A stretch of DNA of 64,000 nucleotides, from positions 119,440 through 183,439 of the forward strand of contig CDRNVI010000190.1 of NCBI GenBank assembly GCA_977017575.1, in the 5' to 3' direction. Source of the stretch: Paramoeba atlantica (lineage: Eukaryota > Protista > Discosea). The translations under genes and the position numbers were made by a program. The notes below the pieces were generated by a model. The model saw only the letters and a list, made by a program, of their open reading frames with translations, ran no database searches and had not been told where the DNA came from. Shown here piece by piece: positions 48,812 to 62,000 of the stretch (the first letter of the stretch is position 1; every line of letters begins with the position of its first letter).

Positions 48812-49860
48812 TCAGACAATCTGACCTGAACTCCAACTTGTTTCTTCACCCTCTTCACCCCCTTCTTCTTCTCCCTTTTCTCCCCTTTCTCCTTGTTGTT
48901 CTCCTTTTTGTTCTTCTTGTTTTTGTTCTTTTTGTTCTGGTTGTTGTGGAACAGATTCTGTAATTTGAGGGAAAAAAAAAAGGTTTGTGAGAAGAGGGAA
49001 AAAGAAGACAACAAAGAGAAGAAAAAAGAAAAAAGGGATGGACCTGGAGCTCCCAGAGCTGCAGTAATAACTTGGATCCAACTAAAAAGAATATTTTAAT
49101 ATCCATGAAAAGACAGAAAAAGATCATTTTAATATCTTTTTTTTTGAGATAAAAAAGAAAAGAAAAGATTCTTGAATAAAAAGGTATTCATTAAATATCT
49201 TAATTTGAATCTCTTTTTCAATTTTGAATTATTATTATTGAACAAAGAAAGAAGAAGAAAGAGGAAGAAAAGAAAAACCTGTCAGCTTCTTCTTTGGTTC
49301 TTCCACACAGGAGAAGAGCTTCTTTTTTATCTCTTCCTTTTAAAATTTGGAAACAATGCGGGGTTGGTGTCTATTTCACACAAATGATTAAAAGGAAGAG
49401 GGAAAAAGAAAAAGAAAAGAAACAAGAAAGAAGAAAGAAAGAGAGAAAAAAAGAAAGAAAACAAAAAGGAAAAGAAAAAAAAAAAACCTTTCCACTTTCG
49501 CGAGAAGAAACATTACTTGAAACAACACAAGTATCATCTAGTATAATCATTCCCGCTGCTCTTTGATCCTTTTTTTAAATTTTATTTTTTTTGTAAGAAA
49601 AGAAAGAGAAAGAGAAAAGAGAAAGAAAAAGAAAGACAAAAGAGAAAGAAAGAGAAAGACAAAAGAAAAAGACAAAAGAGAAAGACAAAAGAGAAAGACA
49701 AAAGAGAAAGACAAAAAAGAAAGACAAAAGAGAAAGAGAATAAGAGAATAAGAAAGTTTGGGATAAGAAAAATCAAACCATCTTGTTTTCCAATTTTAAC
49801 ACATCAATTTCACAAGAACAAGATCGAGAAAGAAAGAGAGAGAGAAAGAGAGAGAAAGAG

Positions 49861-49891
<31 letters not shown>

Positions 49892-51656
49892 GAGAAAAAA
49901 CCTGGGGAGTACGAAAATAAGAAAGTTTTGGATCAGAAAAATCAAACCATCTTGTTTTCCAATTTTTAACAACATGCCCTCTCTTTAGTAAGAATCCAGT
50001 TTTGTTTTTTTGAATTGTCGCTTCTTTCTTTTTTTTTTCTTCTTGTCCTTTTTCGAATTCTTCTTTGACTTCGTAGAGCTTGTTTTCGAGTTTGAGATGA
50101 GAAATGATTTGAAGAAATAAAAATAAAATTGCACATAACAAACTCTCCCTCAAACAAATAAAAAAAAAACAAAAAAAAAATTACACAAAACACACAAAAA
50201 AAAACAAAAAAACCTTTTTCTCAGTTTCAGGACCAAAAGAACCAATACAAATTTTAAGAACACGAAGCCATGCATCCATCCAATATTGACTCTCCGCCGC
50301 AAAGAAATATCTTTTTATTTTTATTTTATTTTATTTTTTTTTCTTTTATGATTTCTTTTCTTTTAAATTATTTTATAAATTAAATAAAAACCTTCGACTA
50401 TTTGTTTGAATCTGAAGACAAAAGTTACGAGAAGAAATCTCATCATCAATTCGAACACCAACTCCTTCTTGTCCAAGATCTATCATTCCAAGTGCATTTC
50501 TTTCATCCTTGAAATTTAGAGTGAGAGAAGAGGAGAAGAGAGAGAGAACGGAGAAAGAATGAATGAAGTTTTGATTATCCCGGGAGAGAGAGAAAGAAGA
50601 GAGAGAAGAGAGAGAGAAAAGAGAGAGAAAAGAGAGAAAGAAAAGAGAGAGAGAAAAGAGAGAGAGAAAAGAGAGAGAGAGAACCTGTCGGGCAGAGAAA
50701 TAATAAAGTTTTGATTGTGCAGTCAAAACACAAAATCTTGTTAACCAATTTTTGTGTACTTGTCCTCTTTTTGTTAATTCTGAAAAATAAAAAAGAAAGA
50801 AATTAAAAGAAAAAGAAATGAGAGGATAAAAGGAATGAGAGAGAGAAAGAGAAAGGAAAGAGAATGAGAATGAGAGAGAATGAAAGAGAGAGAAAAGAGA
50901 GATGAGACCGCGAGAGAAAACAATATCACTCAAATCACGGAGTCGAGGTAGTCCTTCTCTATTTCCCGTTAATTTCGTCGCGTTTACTGATGAGGAAAAA
51001 AAAGGATGAGAAAGAAAGGAGAGAAAGAAAAAGAGAGAAAGAAAGGAGAGAAGAAAGGAGAAAATGAAGAGAAAGGAGAAAAATAATTTTAAGATTCTAT
51101 TTGAATAAAAATTAAATAAAAATAAAAATAAAAGTAAAAATAAAAGTAAAAATAAAAATAAAAATAAAAATAAAAATAAAAATAAAAATAAAAATAAAAA
51201 TAAAAATAAAAATAAAAATAAAAATAAAAATAAAAATAAAAACTAAAATAAAAAAATATATCAATATTATCAAAAGTAAATGAACCAAAACTTGTCGATT
51301 TTCTCATTTCAGAACCACGAAGAGAAACAACAGGAGAAGAAGAAGAAGGAGAAGAAGAAGAAGAAGAAGAGATTGTTATTGTTGCTCTCTCTTTTTGGGT
51401 GGGAGATTCTTCTGTTCTCTCTGGGGATGTTGGTCTTTCTGGGGTGAGGAGGTCTTCTGCGATTAATTCTTCGTCTATTTCGAATAGAAAGGGAGGAGGG
51501 GGAGAGAGAGAGGGGAGAGAGAGAGGGGAGAGAGAAGAGTTTAGTTTTGTGGATTTGAAGAGGGAAAGACAGAAAGAAAACTCAACCAAAAAAAGAGAAA
51601 AAAGAAAAGGAAAAGAAAAAAGAAAAAAGAAAAGAGAAAAAGAAAATAAATAAAAA

Positions 51657-51689
<33 letters not shown>

Positions 51690-54600
51690 AAAAAAACCAA
51701 TATCAAGATCCTCCATAACACTAAAATCACCATATAAAAATTGTTTAATAATTGGTGACACTGTTTCTAATACTTTCATTCTCTATTCATTTTATTTTAA
51801 TGAATGGTTGAATAATATTTGAGAAAGAGAGAGAAAGAGAGAAGAGAGATAAGAGATAAGAGGAGAAGAGAAAGAGAAGAGAGAAGGGAGAAGAGAGAGA
51901 AGAGAGAGAGAAAAAGAGAGAGAGAGAGAAAAGAAAAGAAAAAAATACCTTATATTCAAGATCTTGTTCATGAAAGATAGCACCAGAGTCCATTAAGCGG
52001 CCGGTTGTCTCGTCCAACAACATTTCATCATCTTCTTCATCTCCTGTATCTATAAAGATCCCCTGAAAGAGAAAAGAAAAATGAGAGAGAGAAAGGAAAG
52101 AGAGAGAGAGAGAAGAAGAAAAACGGGGTGAGAGAAAAAAGAAGAAAGGAAAGAGAGAAGAGAGAAGAAGAAAAAAGAGGGGGTGAGAGAAAGAAAGAAA
52201 AGAGAGAGAGAGAGGGAAATGAACCTCGTCAGCATACATTCTTCGTTTTATGGTCTGAAAGAGAGAGAAAGAGAAAAGAGAAAAGAGATTGTTAATTTTT
52301 GCGTCTTATTCTCTCTTTTTTCTCTTCTTTTTGTTTCGAGATTTCTATTCTTTTCTTTTTCTCACTTTTTCTCTTTTTTAATGAAAAGAAAAAAAACCGC
52401 TCCGTCTTTTCCATAGTTTCTATTTCCCACCTGTTCCAGGGAAAGGGAGAGTCAAAAGAAGAGAAAGAGAAAGAGAAGAGAAAAGGGAAAAGAAAGAAGA
52501 GAAAAAAGAAAAAGGGAAAAAAGAAAAAGAAAGGAGAATAAAAAAAAAACATTTGGATCCTCCTTATCGGAAATTTCTTTGGCCAATTCGGAGAGTGGTC
52601 TTCCTCCAAACTAAATTAATAAATTAAATTAATAAATTAAATTAATAAATTAAATTAATAAATTAAATTAATAAATTAAATTAAGAATTAGTTTATTTTA
52701 AAATCAATTAAAAAGATAATCCAAATAATGTACATTAATATTTCAATTAAAATAAAAAATTAAAAAGAATATTAACAATTTTGAAAAGATAAAAAGAAAG
52801 AAAATCAAACTTTTGAAGGAGGACGGACAGCACTCTTTCGATCCACTCTTTTACCCCTTTTTAAAAACAATTAGAGAAAAAGAAAAAGAAAGAGAAGAGA
52901 GAAGAGAGAAGAGAAAGAGAGAGAGAACTTAATTTCACTTGACTCTAAAAGACCAGCAACAAGATATAATTGGTAAATTGTGCACCCAATTGACATTGCC
53001 AATCTAAATAAAAAAGAGAGAATTAAAAATGGCTGATCATTTATTTCTTAAAATGAATAACTAAAAAAGAAAAAAATAAAAAATAATTTGATTGACTGTT
53101 GAAAAATAAAAAGGATAAAATTAAAATAAATTTGATAATAATAATTAAAATAAATTTGATTTTTTAAAAAGAGAGATTAAAAATATTAAAAATATAAACC
53201 GATCACGAATTGTAGGAACCCAAAGTTTTCTTGAACGATCAATTGTCCCCCTTTTCTTGACCTAAAAAAAGAAAGAAAAGTAAGTTCCAGAGAAAAGAAA
53301 GAAAGAAAGAAGAAAGAAGAAAGAAGAGAGAAGAGAGAAGAGGAAGAGGAAGAAAAGAAAAGAAAGAAAAACCATAGATTCATTTCTCTTTGAATTCATA
53401 GAAATAGAACTCAAACGAAATACTTTATTTGTATCATCTCTTTGGAGATAACAATCCACAACAGAATATATATCTGTCATCCAAGATCTTTTCTGTTTTT
53501 ATTTAATTTCTTTTTTTTTAGTTTGAAGAAAGAGAAATGGGAAAAAGAAAAAGAAAAAGAAAAGGGAAAGAAAAATGAAAAGAAAGAAAAATAATAAGAA
53601 AAAACCTCTGCATTCGTCTTGGCAGAAACAAGCAAAGTCGTAACATCTTCATCTTCAGAAAATTTCAGAAAACAAAGGAGGAAAAGAAAGAAAGAAAATA
53701 AAAAGAAGGAGAAAAAGAGAAAGAAGAAGAAAAAAAAAAAAGAAAAAAACAGAATTCAAAAAAAAAAAAAAAAAAACCTCCATGATTTTTAAACTGGATT
53801 TCAAAACAATGCAAAGTACGAAAAGGGACGTCACGGATCCACATGACGTCAGCATGAAGATCCAGGATCTTTCTTTCTCCTCCTTCTATTGATTGGACTA
53901 ATAATTTGTCGTCGAAGAGATAGAGAACTACTGGTGTTTTTGATTTGTCCTGTGTTATTTTTTTGTTAGGAGAGAGAGAGAGAGGAGAGAGAGGAGAGGG
54001 AAGAAGGAAAAGGGAAGAAGAAGAAGGGAAGAGAAAAGAGAGAGGGGAAAGAAGAGGGGAGGAAAGAGAAAGAAAGAAAAAGAGAGAAAGAGAGAAAGAG
54101 AGAAAGAGAAAAAAGAGAGAAAGAGAAAAAAGAGAGAAAGAGAAAAAAGAGAGAGAAAAGTAACTGGAGTAAAAGATGTAGGAGATTGAGAACCAACAAC
54201 AATTTCTCCCAGACGAGTCATTGCTCCTGTTCGAATACACCTACAAATAAATAAATAATTAATTAAGAAAAGAAAAGAAAAGAAAAAAGAAAGAAAAACA
54301 AATAGGAATCAGTTTAAAATAATAAGAGAGAGAAACAAACACTCGAGTATCGCTCACAAGATCAGGAAGATTAAGCCACTTTGCAACTTTGCTTGTCTAG
54401 AGCGTCACAACAAAAAGATTAGAAAAGAAAACATTTTAGAGAAGGAAGAAAGAAAAGAAAAAATTGAGAGAAACGGCGCAGAAATAGGACCTTATTTTGA
54501 ATTAAAAGGGGAGTCAGGTGGACATTTTGAAGAGTTAACATCAACTATTTTGTTTTGATTGAGAAAGAGAAAGAGAAAGAGAAAAGAGAAAGAGAAAAAA

Positions 54601-55051
54601 GAATGAGAAAAAGAAATGAGAAAAGAGAAAAGAGAGGAGTGAAGAGAAAGACAAAATGTCTCAATCGAAAAAAGAAAGAAAAGAAAGAAAAAAGAAAGAA
54701 AAAAGAAATACATGAATAACAGCATCTCGAAGCTCACATTGATCACTGCCACGAAAGTAAGGAAAAGAATAAAAGGAGAGAAGAGAAGAGAAAAAGAAAA
54801 GAAAAGAGAGAGAGAGAGAAAAATAAATAAAAAAATAAAATAAAAAATAAATAAAAAAATAAATAAAAAAATAAATAAATTCTAAAATAAAAAGCAAAAA
54901 ATAAAACATTAAAAAACCTATATTGTTGAGGAGTTCTCTTTTGAAGATCAAGAAAAAAAGAAACATATTCTTCAAAATGTCTTGCTGGTAAAAGTAGTAA
55001 TTCTCTTAATGTACACGCATCTTTTGATTCTGATTCCTGATTCAAGAAATT

Positions 55052-55083
<32 letters not shown>

Positions 55084-55832
55084 AGAAAGAAAGAAAAGGA
55101 AAATAAAAAATTGTCTTTAAGTCAAAATAAACAAAAGAAAAAAAATTAAAGAAAAAAGAAAAAAGAAAAAAGAAAAAAGAAAAAAAGAAAAGAAAAAAAT
55201 AAAAATAGAGCAAACATCCAAATATTGATTCTGAAAACCCTTGACATACTTTGCCATCTTGGGAACAGGAATCTTCTTATCCAAAACAGAAAGACAATCC
55301 CCCTCAACAAACAAATCATTCAAAGCAACCATATAATCTCTATACAAATCCAACAAACCAACATCTCCCTCTTTCTCTCCCTCTCCCTCTTTCTCTCCCT
55401 CTCCCTCTTTCTCTCCCTCTCTCTCTCTCCCCTCTCCATCTCCTCCCTTCTTCTTCTCTCCTCTCTCTCCTTGATACAATCGGCCAATCAAAGTATCTCG
55501 ATCGAAATTGGCAATCATTTGATCAACTCTTTCTTGGATTAATTGTGTTGTTTTTTGCAATTTTGGGACAAAGAGAACGAATGGCTTTAATAATGGATCC
55601 TGTTTTTTGTTTTTTTTAAAATTGTTTCATTTTTTTGTTTGTTTTTTCTCTTTTTCCTTCTTTCTCTTTTTTTCTACATTCTCGTTTTTCTTTTTTCTCC
55701 TTGAGTTCCAACCTTGAGTTCCTTATCACCAAGAGCAAAGGAAGAAGCAAGAAATCGCAAAGAAGTCAAATAATTATCCTCTTCTAGGCGAATTCGAGGT
55801 AAAATCCCTTTTCTCAAATTAAGTGCTGACAT
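48812..55832 (-). CDS. Rho guanine-nucleotide exchange factor: DH-PH plus two further C-terminal PH domains, many small exons
   Basis: DH motifs (LEEDNYLTSLRFL, IGRLY, LRELLLLPARHFEEY, LLDLQKRTP), PH start RVCIRTGAMTRL...VVLYLFDDKLLV...KRSWMTDI, and C-terminal PH domains LTKRGQVHKNWLTRFCVL and GFLLKRGHVVKNWKTRWF. The exact exon structure in the middle is uncertain. Confidence 0.75.
49630..49740. repeat. Intronic ~13-bp tandem repeat (AAAGACAAAAGAG-like)
   Basis: About eight degenerate copies are visible at 49630-49740. Confidence 0.75.
51105..51245. repeat. Intronic (TAAAAA)n microsatellite
   Basis: About 16 perfect units at ~51146-51242, with degenerate flanking units. Confidence 0.95.
52612..52684. 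repeat. Intronic 13-bp A/T-only tandem repeat (AATTAAATTAATA)n
   Basis: About five perfect consecutive copies. Confidence 0.9.
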
Positions 55833-56041
55833 TTTTCTCTCCAAACAAAAAACAAAAAAGAAAATGCCAAAAAAAACAAAACAACAGCCAAAAAACGAAA
55901 ACAAAAATCAAAAACAAAAAGGTGTCCCTCACTTTTTGAGACACCTTTCCTTTTCCTTTTCTTTCATTTTGCGTCTCTTCAGCAATTGAGACGCCCCCTT
56001 TTTTACCAAACTTTGGTTTTCCCTCAAATAATCAGGAGGGA

Positions 56042-59000
56042 ATGTGGTCCCCTATTTCTGGGTGTTGGAGAGCAAGAAGTCTTCTTCTTCTTGGTCTTGT
56101 GTTATGGATTGGTGTGAGTTCATCTGAGAACAACCCTCTCCGTGTCTCCACCGTCCTCCCTTCCATTACTTCTGTCTTAAATGGCGATTCTTCTTCTCCT
56201 GTTGTGTTGAGAGAGTGGGATACAATTACAGTTGTTTTCAATCGTCCTGTCCTTCCTTTAGGAGGAGATTGGTCACCCGATGGATCTCCAATGTCTACAC
56301 CTCCTCCTTTTCGATTGGAGGGTGCCTCTGTTCCTGGTCAGATTCGATGGGTCGGAACTTACATTGCTCGTTTTGATGCTTTCATTCCCTGGCCTTCGGA
56401 TTTGTCTTTCTCAATTGTGATCAATGAGGATTTAGAAACTTTTGATGGTGAGAAAATTCAGCTCCCTGGAATACGTTCTTATTCTTTCACAACTGAATCT
56501 TTAACCTGGAATCTCCAAAGTGTGAAATCCCCTCTTCTTTTAAATTTGACAGACAATTGGTGGGGGGCTTCCTCTCCTCCAGCTCGAAAAGGTCCCCAAC
56601 TAAATGATCAACCAATTGAATGGGTGGAAGGAATTAGCGAGGTTCCTTCTGATGGAACACTCCAGTTATCTTTCAACAACCACGTCGAAATTGCCCTTCT
56701 CCAAGATCTTTCTCTCCGATCTGAAGATGGAACTTCTTCTCCTTCTTTTGAGTTGGAATATTGTAGTTCATCACAGAAACAAGAAATCAATCCAGGAGAT
56801 TCTTGTTTGCTCTTAACTCCAAATGAAAATTTCGTGCCTGGTCTTTTTTACCATCTTGTCCTCCCAAGAGGTTCAATGTATCACTCTTATGCAGGACCTT
56901 CCTCGACTGACTTAGACATTCAGTTATCTGGTCCTTATCCTTTTGTGATTCCATTTTTTGAATCTAATACTCGTCGAGAAAATGACAAGGGGAGACCAGG
57001 AACAGCACCCGAGTTTTCAGGAAATGCACCAATGTCAAAGAAGCGTCAATCTCACGGTTTAGTTGGAAATCCTTCTTATCGTGTTTGGGAAATTTATCTG
57101 CGGCACGGGTTAGATCAATCTGTGTCTCTTTCTCAGCTTCAAGATTGTGTGATTGTCCGGTCCGAAGAGAGGAGATTGGAAGAAGTTCCTGTAACCTTAT
57201 CTTTCGCTAAACGATCAAAAGCAATTTTGGAAATTGAAGGATCGTTTAAGCCAAACCATCGCTATAAAGTTAGTTTTGGAGAGCTTGATCAATGCGATAT
57301 TATCGATGGAATTGGGCAACCTGTTCAAGAATCGTTTATTGAATTTACGAGTTTCCATTCAGCTGGTGTGCTTGCAACTCCTTTTGATGTTCCAGATCCG
57401 ATCTTTGAGTTTCGTGATGAAGGGGGAGCAGAGTTTAATTGGACTTACTTGACAAGGAATCTATCGGATATCTTTCGTTATTGCCCAGCCCAGGCAGGGG
57501 ATAGTTTTGCTTATGCCACACCTGTAACGAATAGTTCCTTACAATCAGTTTTGTGTAGTGCTGTGTCTTCAAAATTTCTTCCATCGTGGACCCAAAGCCT
57601 TCGTTCATTCAATATTCGTGTTGAAGAAGAAAAAGCTTATTCATTTGATACACAATCCCTTTTGTCTTCTTCTGGTTTGTTTTACCACTGGGATAAGCTT
57701 TCGTGTGGGACTTATTGGAGGAAAGGATTTGTGGCGTCGAGTGATTTCTTTGTCACCATGTTTTCTAGCTCAGGTCAATCTTCAAAAAATCGTCTTCTTT
57801 TTTGGGCAACAGCTTCTTCAAATACAGATCACCTGGAAGGTGTTAAAATCACCCTTTATTCTATCCCCTCTTCCTGTGGCCATCAAAACGATGTTCGAAT
57901 TTTAGATCAAACTGTGACAAACGAAGATGGGATTGCAACATTGGAAGTTTCAGATCCTCCCAGCAGGATTCGTTACTTTGCTGTTTTTGAACACAATGGA
58001 AAGCTCCAAATTTCTCAGTCCGTCCCCATATCAAGCCACCTGACAACTGAGACCGTTACTGCTCAATTGGTGACTGATCGTCATGTCTATCGACCAGGGG
58101 ATCCAATCTACCTCAAGGGATACATTCGCCAGCCTTTTCGATATCCTATCAAGATCCCCGAGGATCTTACCAAGTCGGTGAGGTTGAGTGTCACCTGGAA
58201 AAATGGGGGAGAAGAAACACTGATTCCAGTTGATGTTCACCCTGATTTTGGAAGTTTCGAAGCCTCCTTTGAAGTTCCAATGAACAGTGAGACAGTTCAT
58301 AATGTCACCCTAGGCCCTCGTTCCATCATTCTTCAGAATCAGAACCGTTGGTATCTGAATCAAAAGACGATTTTGATTGCTGATCCTCGACCACCAACTG
58401 TAAAAATGTTATTTGAAACTTCCCAAAAAATTATTCGGCCATCATCAGAACAAGGTGGAGTTGAGTTGGACCTTGAAACTTTGTCTTATTTGGGTGAACC
58501 TGTAGGTGATGCAACAGTCAATCTTACATGGGAACTGAGTCGTGATCAATCAGGTTCTATTACATCACCAACTCCAAGACCTGGGGAGACCCTCTCTGGA
58601 TGCATCTTTACCAATCCGTCGATCATGATTCCCCAAAACAAAGAAGGGGAACCCATTGCCCCTGAGTCTGGAGTCATCACAGTTACAACTGATCACATTG
58701 GACAACTGCACTATACTCTCCTTCCTGATTACTCAATTCCTCCAATGGAAGGTGATAGACTCAGTGTAACTGCTGAATGGGTAGGTCCCACTGGAGAACT
58801 TATTTCTTCGTCCCTTGGAATCCCTTTTGCTCAATCTGAGCTTCTCCTTCAGCTAACTCCTTCCTTTGAGAGTCCAATCCCTCCTCATGTTTCGTTTGCA
58901 ATGTTTGCTGAGGTTCGAACTCTTAATGGAGATAAACGAGTTAATGGGGTTGGTCAAATGACAATGTCATTGTTTGAGTGGGATGGTGTCACCCCAATTG

Positions 59001-62000
59001 AGACAAATGAAGAAGGGTTACTTGTCATTCCAGGTGAAGGTATTTGGGAACCAACAGTTATTGACTCGTGTGTAATTGGTGGTACTATCAAAGAAGATCA
59101 ACCGAATTATTGTACTTTTATTTTACCTCAGTATGGACGATTTTTAGTTGGTGGTCTTATGTATGATCGAAATGATCGTCCCATTCACACTTTATACCCT
59201 GTTGGTTTGACAGAATCAGAGTGGCACAACCAGCCATTTTATGGATTTGGAGCCTTTACTCAAAAGAAAGATCGAGAAGGAGCATATCGCATGGGAGAAA
59301 CAGCTCAAATATCATTTTATTGCCCCTATCGAAATGCACGAACTCTTGCTCTATTTGGTCATGACTATGAGACAGTACGAGATGAACAAACTTCAGTTGT
59401 TGATCATTTGGTTGTTGATGGTCCTCGTTTGGTGACTCTTTCAATTCCAGTAAATGAACACTGCCGATCTGGATGTGAGGTCTCGATTGTGACTTATCGC
59501 CCCCGAAGCCCACTTGTGAATGAAGGTGTTTCTTTTATTCATTCTCAACTCTATGATCCTTCTGCACCAGCATCCCATAGTCTTTCTGTGAGTTTGGAGG
59601 TGGAGGTTGATGCGAAATTAAATGTGGATGTTCAGGTTTCACCTCCGATTGCAGAGCCTGGTGCTTCTTCAGTTGTGAAAGTGACAGTAACGGATGAGTC
59701 TACTTCCAATCCAGTCGATTCTGTTGAAGTTTGTGTGTTTGCTGTTCATCGTGCTTGGCTTGATCTCTTTCTCCCTGCTCAGCTTACAGGATTATTCAAT
59801 CTTCCAAGAGATCTCAGATATCTCCCATCCTCAACAATTTCAACATTTGCAACAATGTCTCAACTTTCTTCTCTTGAAGGGTATTTGGCATCAATTGAAA
59901 AATTTACCAAAGTCATGAGGGACGATGCGTGGTTTTCTCCTTCATGGAACCTTCAGCCTGTTCGTTGGCAAAAGGACTCAGTTGATATGACCGAAGATGA
60001 ACTCCATCGACTTTTTACCACTCGAATTTCGATGTTCCCAAATGATTGGGGTTTTCGAATGAATTGGCAAGAAGACACGATGTACGCTCCTATGAGTTTT
60101 GGTGGTGGCGGGCCTGAGTTTGAGTCAGCAGGTGCAGATAATTCCTTTCAGAAAGGTGCGCAACCAGGACCCAATCCATCAGATGATGGGTCAAACCCTT
60201 CATCTTCCTCTTCTGAAACTTTGACAGTCAGAACTGACTTTGTGATTACTGAACTGCACCAGATGTCTGCTTTGACAGATGCAAGTGGGTCTGTTTCTTT
60301 ACCATTCCAAACTTCCGATTTACTTGGGTCTTATGCAATTATGGCCTTTGCTGCAGCAAATGATGGGACACGTTTTGGGCAGTATCCTGCTCAGCCAAAA
60401 GAAGATCCTGTTGAACAAATCGTTCGGCCTTTCATTGGGAGTGTAACACCAAATTTGCCTCGAGGATTACATGTAGGAGATAGTGTGGCACTTGGAGCAG
60501 TTTTGACTACATTTTCTTCAGGTGTTGAGGATGCGTATCTTAAAAACACTTTTACTGTACGATTAGAAGTTGATTGTGAGCTCATTGCATTCGAAGGAGA
60601 GAGTGAGAAAACATTTTTGATGTCCTTGATTGATCCTCCAAAGGAAGTTTTGTTTAATGTTAAAGCGCTGGTAACTGCTTTTTTTATTTGTTGTTCTCTT
60701 TTTTATTTTTTCCTCAAAAGTAGATTTTTCAGGGGGCTGGAGATGCTGCAATCAAAATTTCTTTGTGGAGAGCAACAAGTTCAGGTTTTGTGGAAGTAGA
60801 CGCATTTCAAACCACTCTCTCCATTTTTGGATGTTGTCAGCCTGTCCTCCTTTCTTCCTCTGTTCTTCTCAATGCTCAAAATACAGGTTCCAGAGAGCTT
60901 ATCTCTCTTCTCTTTTTTTAACAAATAACCTTGTATTGAATTACCCTTTTTAGATATGTATTTACCATACACAGAGGGCTTACAAATTCCAGGAGCTGCC
61001 CCTCATTCAGGATCACTCATTTTAACAGCTGGGGTTGGTTACTTACCAACAGTCACAGCTTTATCAGTTTCTACTTTTGGCAAAGAATCGAAAGATGACC
61101 GCTATCGATATTCTCTTCATCTTCTCTCGCAATTGGTACCTTGGCCCGCTCTTTCACACTATCAAAATTCGGGAGAGGCAAATCCAACATATGTTCATGC
61201 GAAGAGAGCGCACAAGAGAGCGTTGGAGTTATTATCAGTGGCCACAGACCCGAAGTATGGTTTGCAACCCACTCTGATTACTCGGTGAGTCATTCTTTGC
61301 GGAGTTTTTTTGATTATTTTAAGACTCTTATTTGTTTATTCTCTTCTGTGAGCACTAAAATTGAAAATGATTTCTGTCTTTCAGATATCCATCCTATCAA
61401 GTCACTTTGAATGCAATGGCAGTTTACATTAGTAATCGCTCCGAATCTCTCCTTGGACCAGAAGGAGCAACTCCTTCCTCTCTTTTAAACACTTGGAAGA
61501 AATCAATTGAAGATGGATTATATGATTCTGGTCGTCGAGGCAGTTCGGGATGGTCATGTGACGTTCTCGCTATCTCTTATTTGGCACTTGGAAAGAATTG
61601 GTCTCCTCATCAATTTGCTGGTATGAATTGTGACTTGATCTATTGTTTTTGAATCTTTTAGATAATTGACCAACTTTTTACTTTTATTTAGATACATTGT
61701 CAATGAGGTATTTGGACAGTATCATTGACCAGTGCAGCTCGACTGGAAAAGCGTACAGAGCTTTGACGGATCTCTACTCCAATCCAACTCCTTCTCGTTT
61801 TGTTGATCGCATTTTAAATTTTCTTCTCTCTGAAATTCGCGTATCTGGTCGCCTTGGTTATGTTGGGACAGATCGATACCTTGATGTGACTGGATCTGTT
61901 ATTTCTCTGGAAGCTCTTGTCTGGTTTTATTTTTTTTCTTTAATTTTTTTTCCTTTGCTTTTAGTTTTTGTTCTTTTTTAAAATGAAACGAATTTTTTCA

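Noticed and set aside
49100-55700. Numerous F/L/S-rich or K/R/E-rich ORFs in the ORF track
   Set aside because: They are translations of CT/GA microsatellite introns on either strand, not real proteins.
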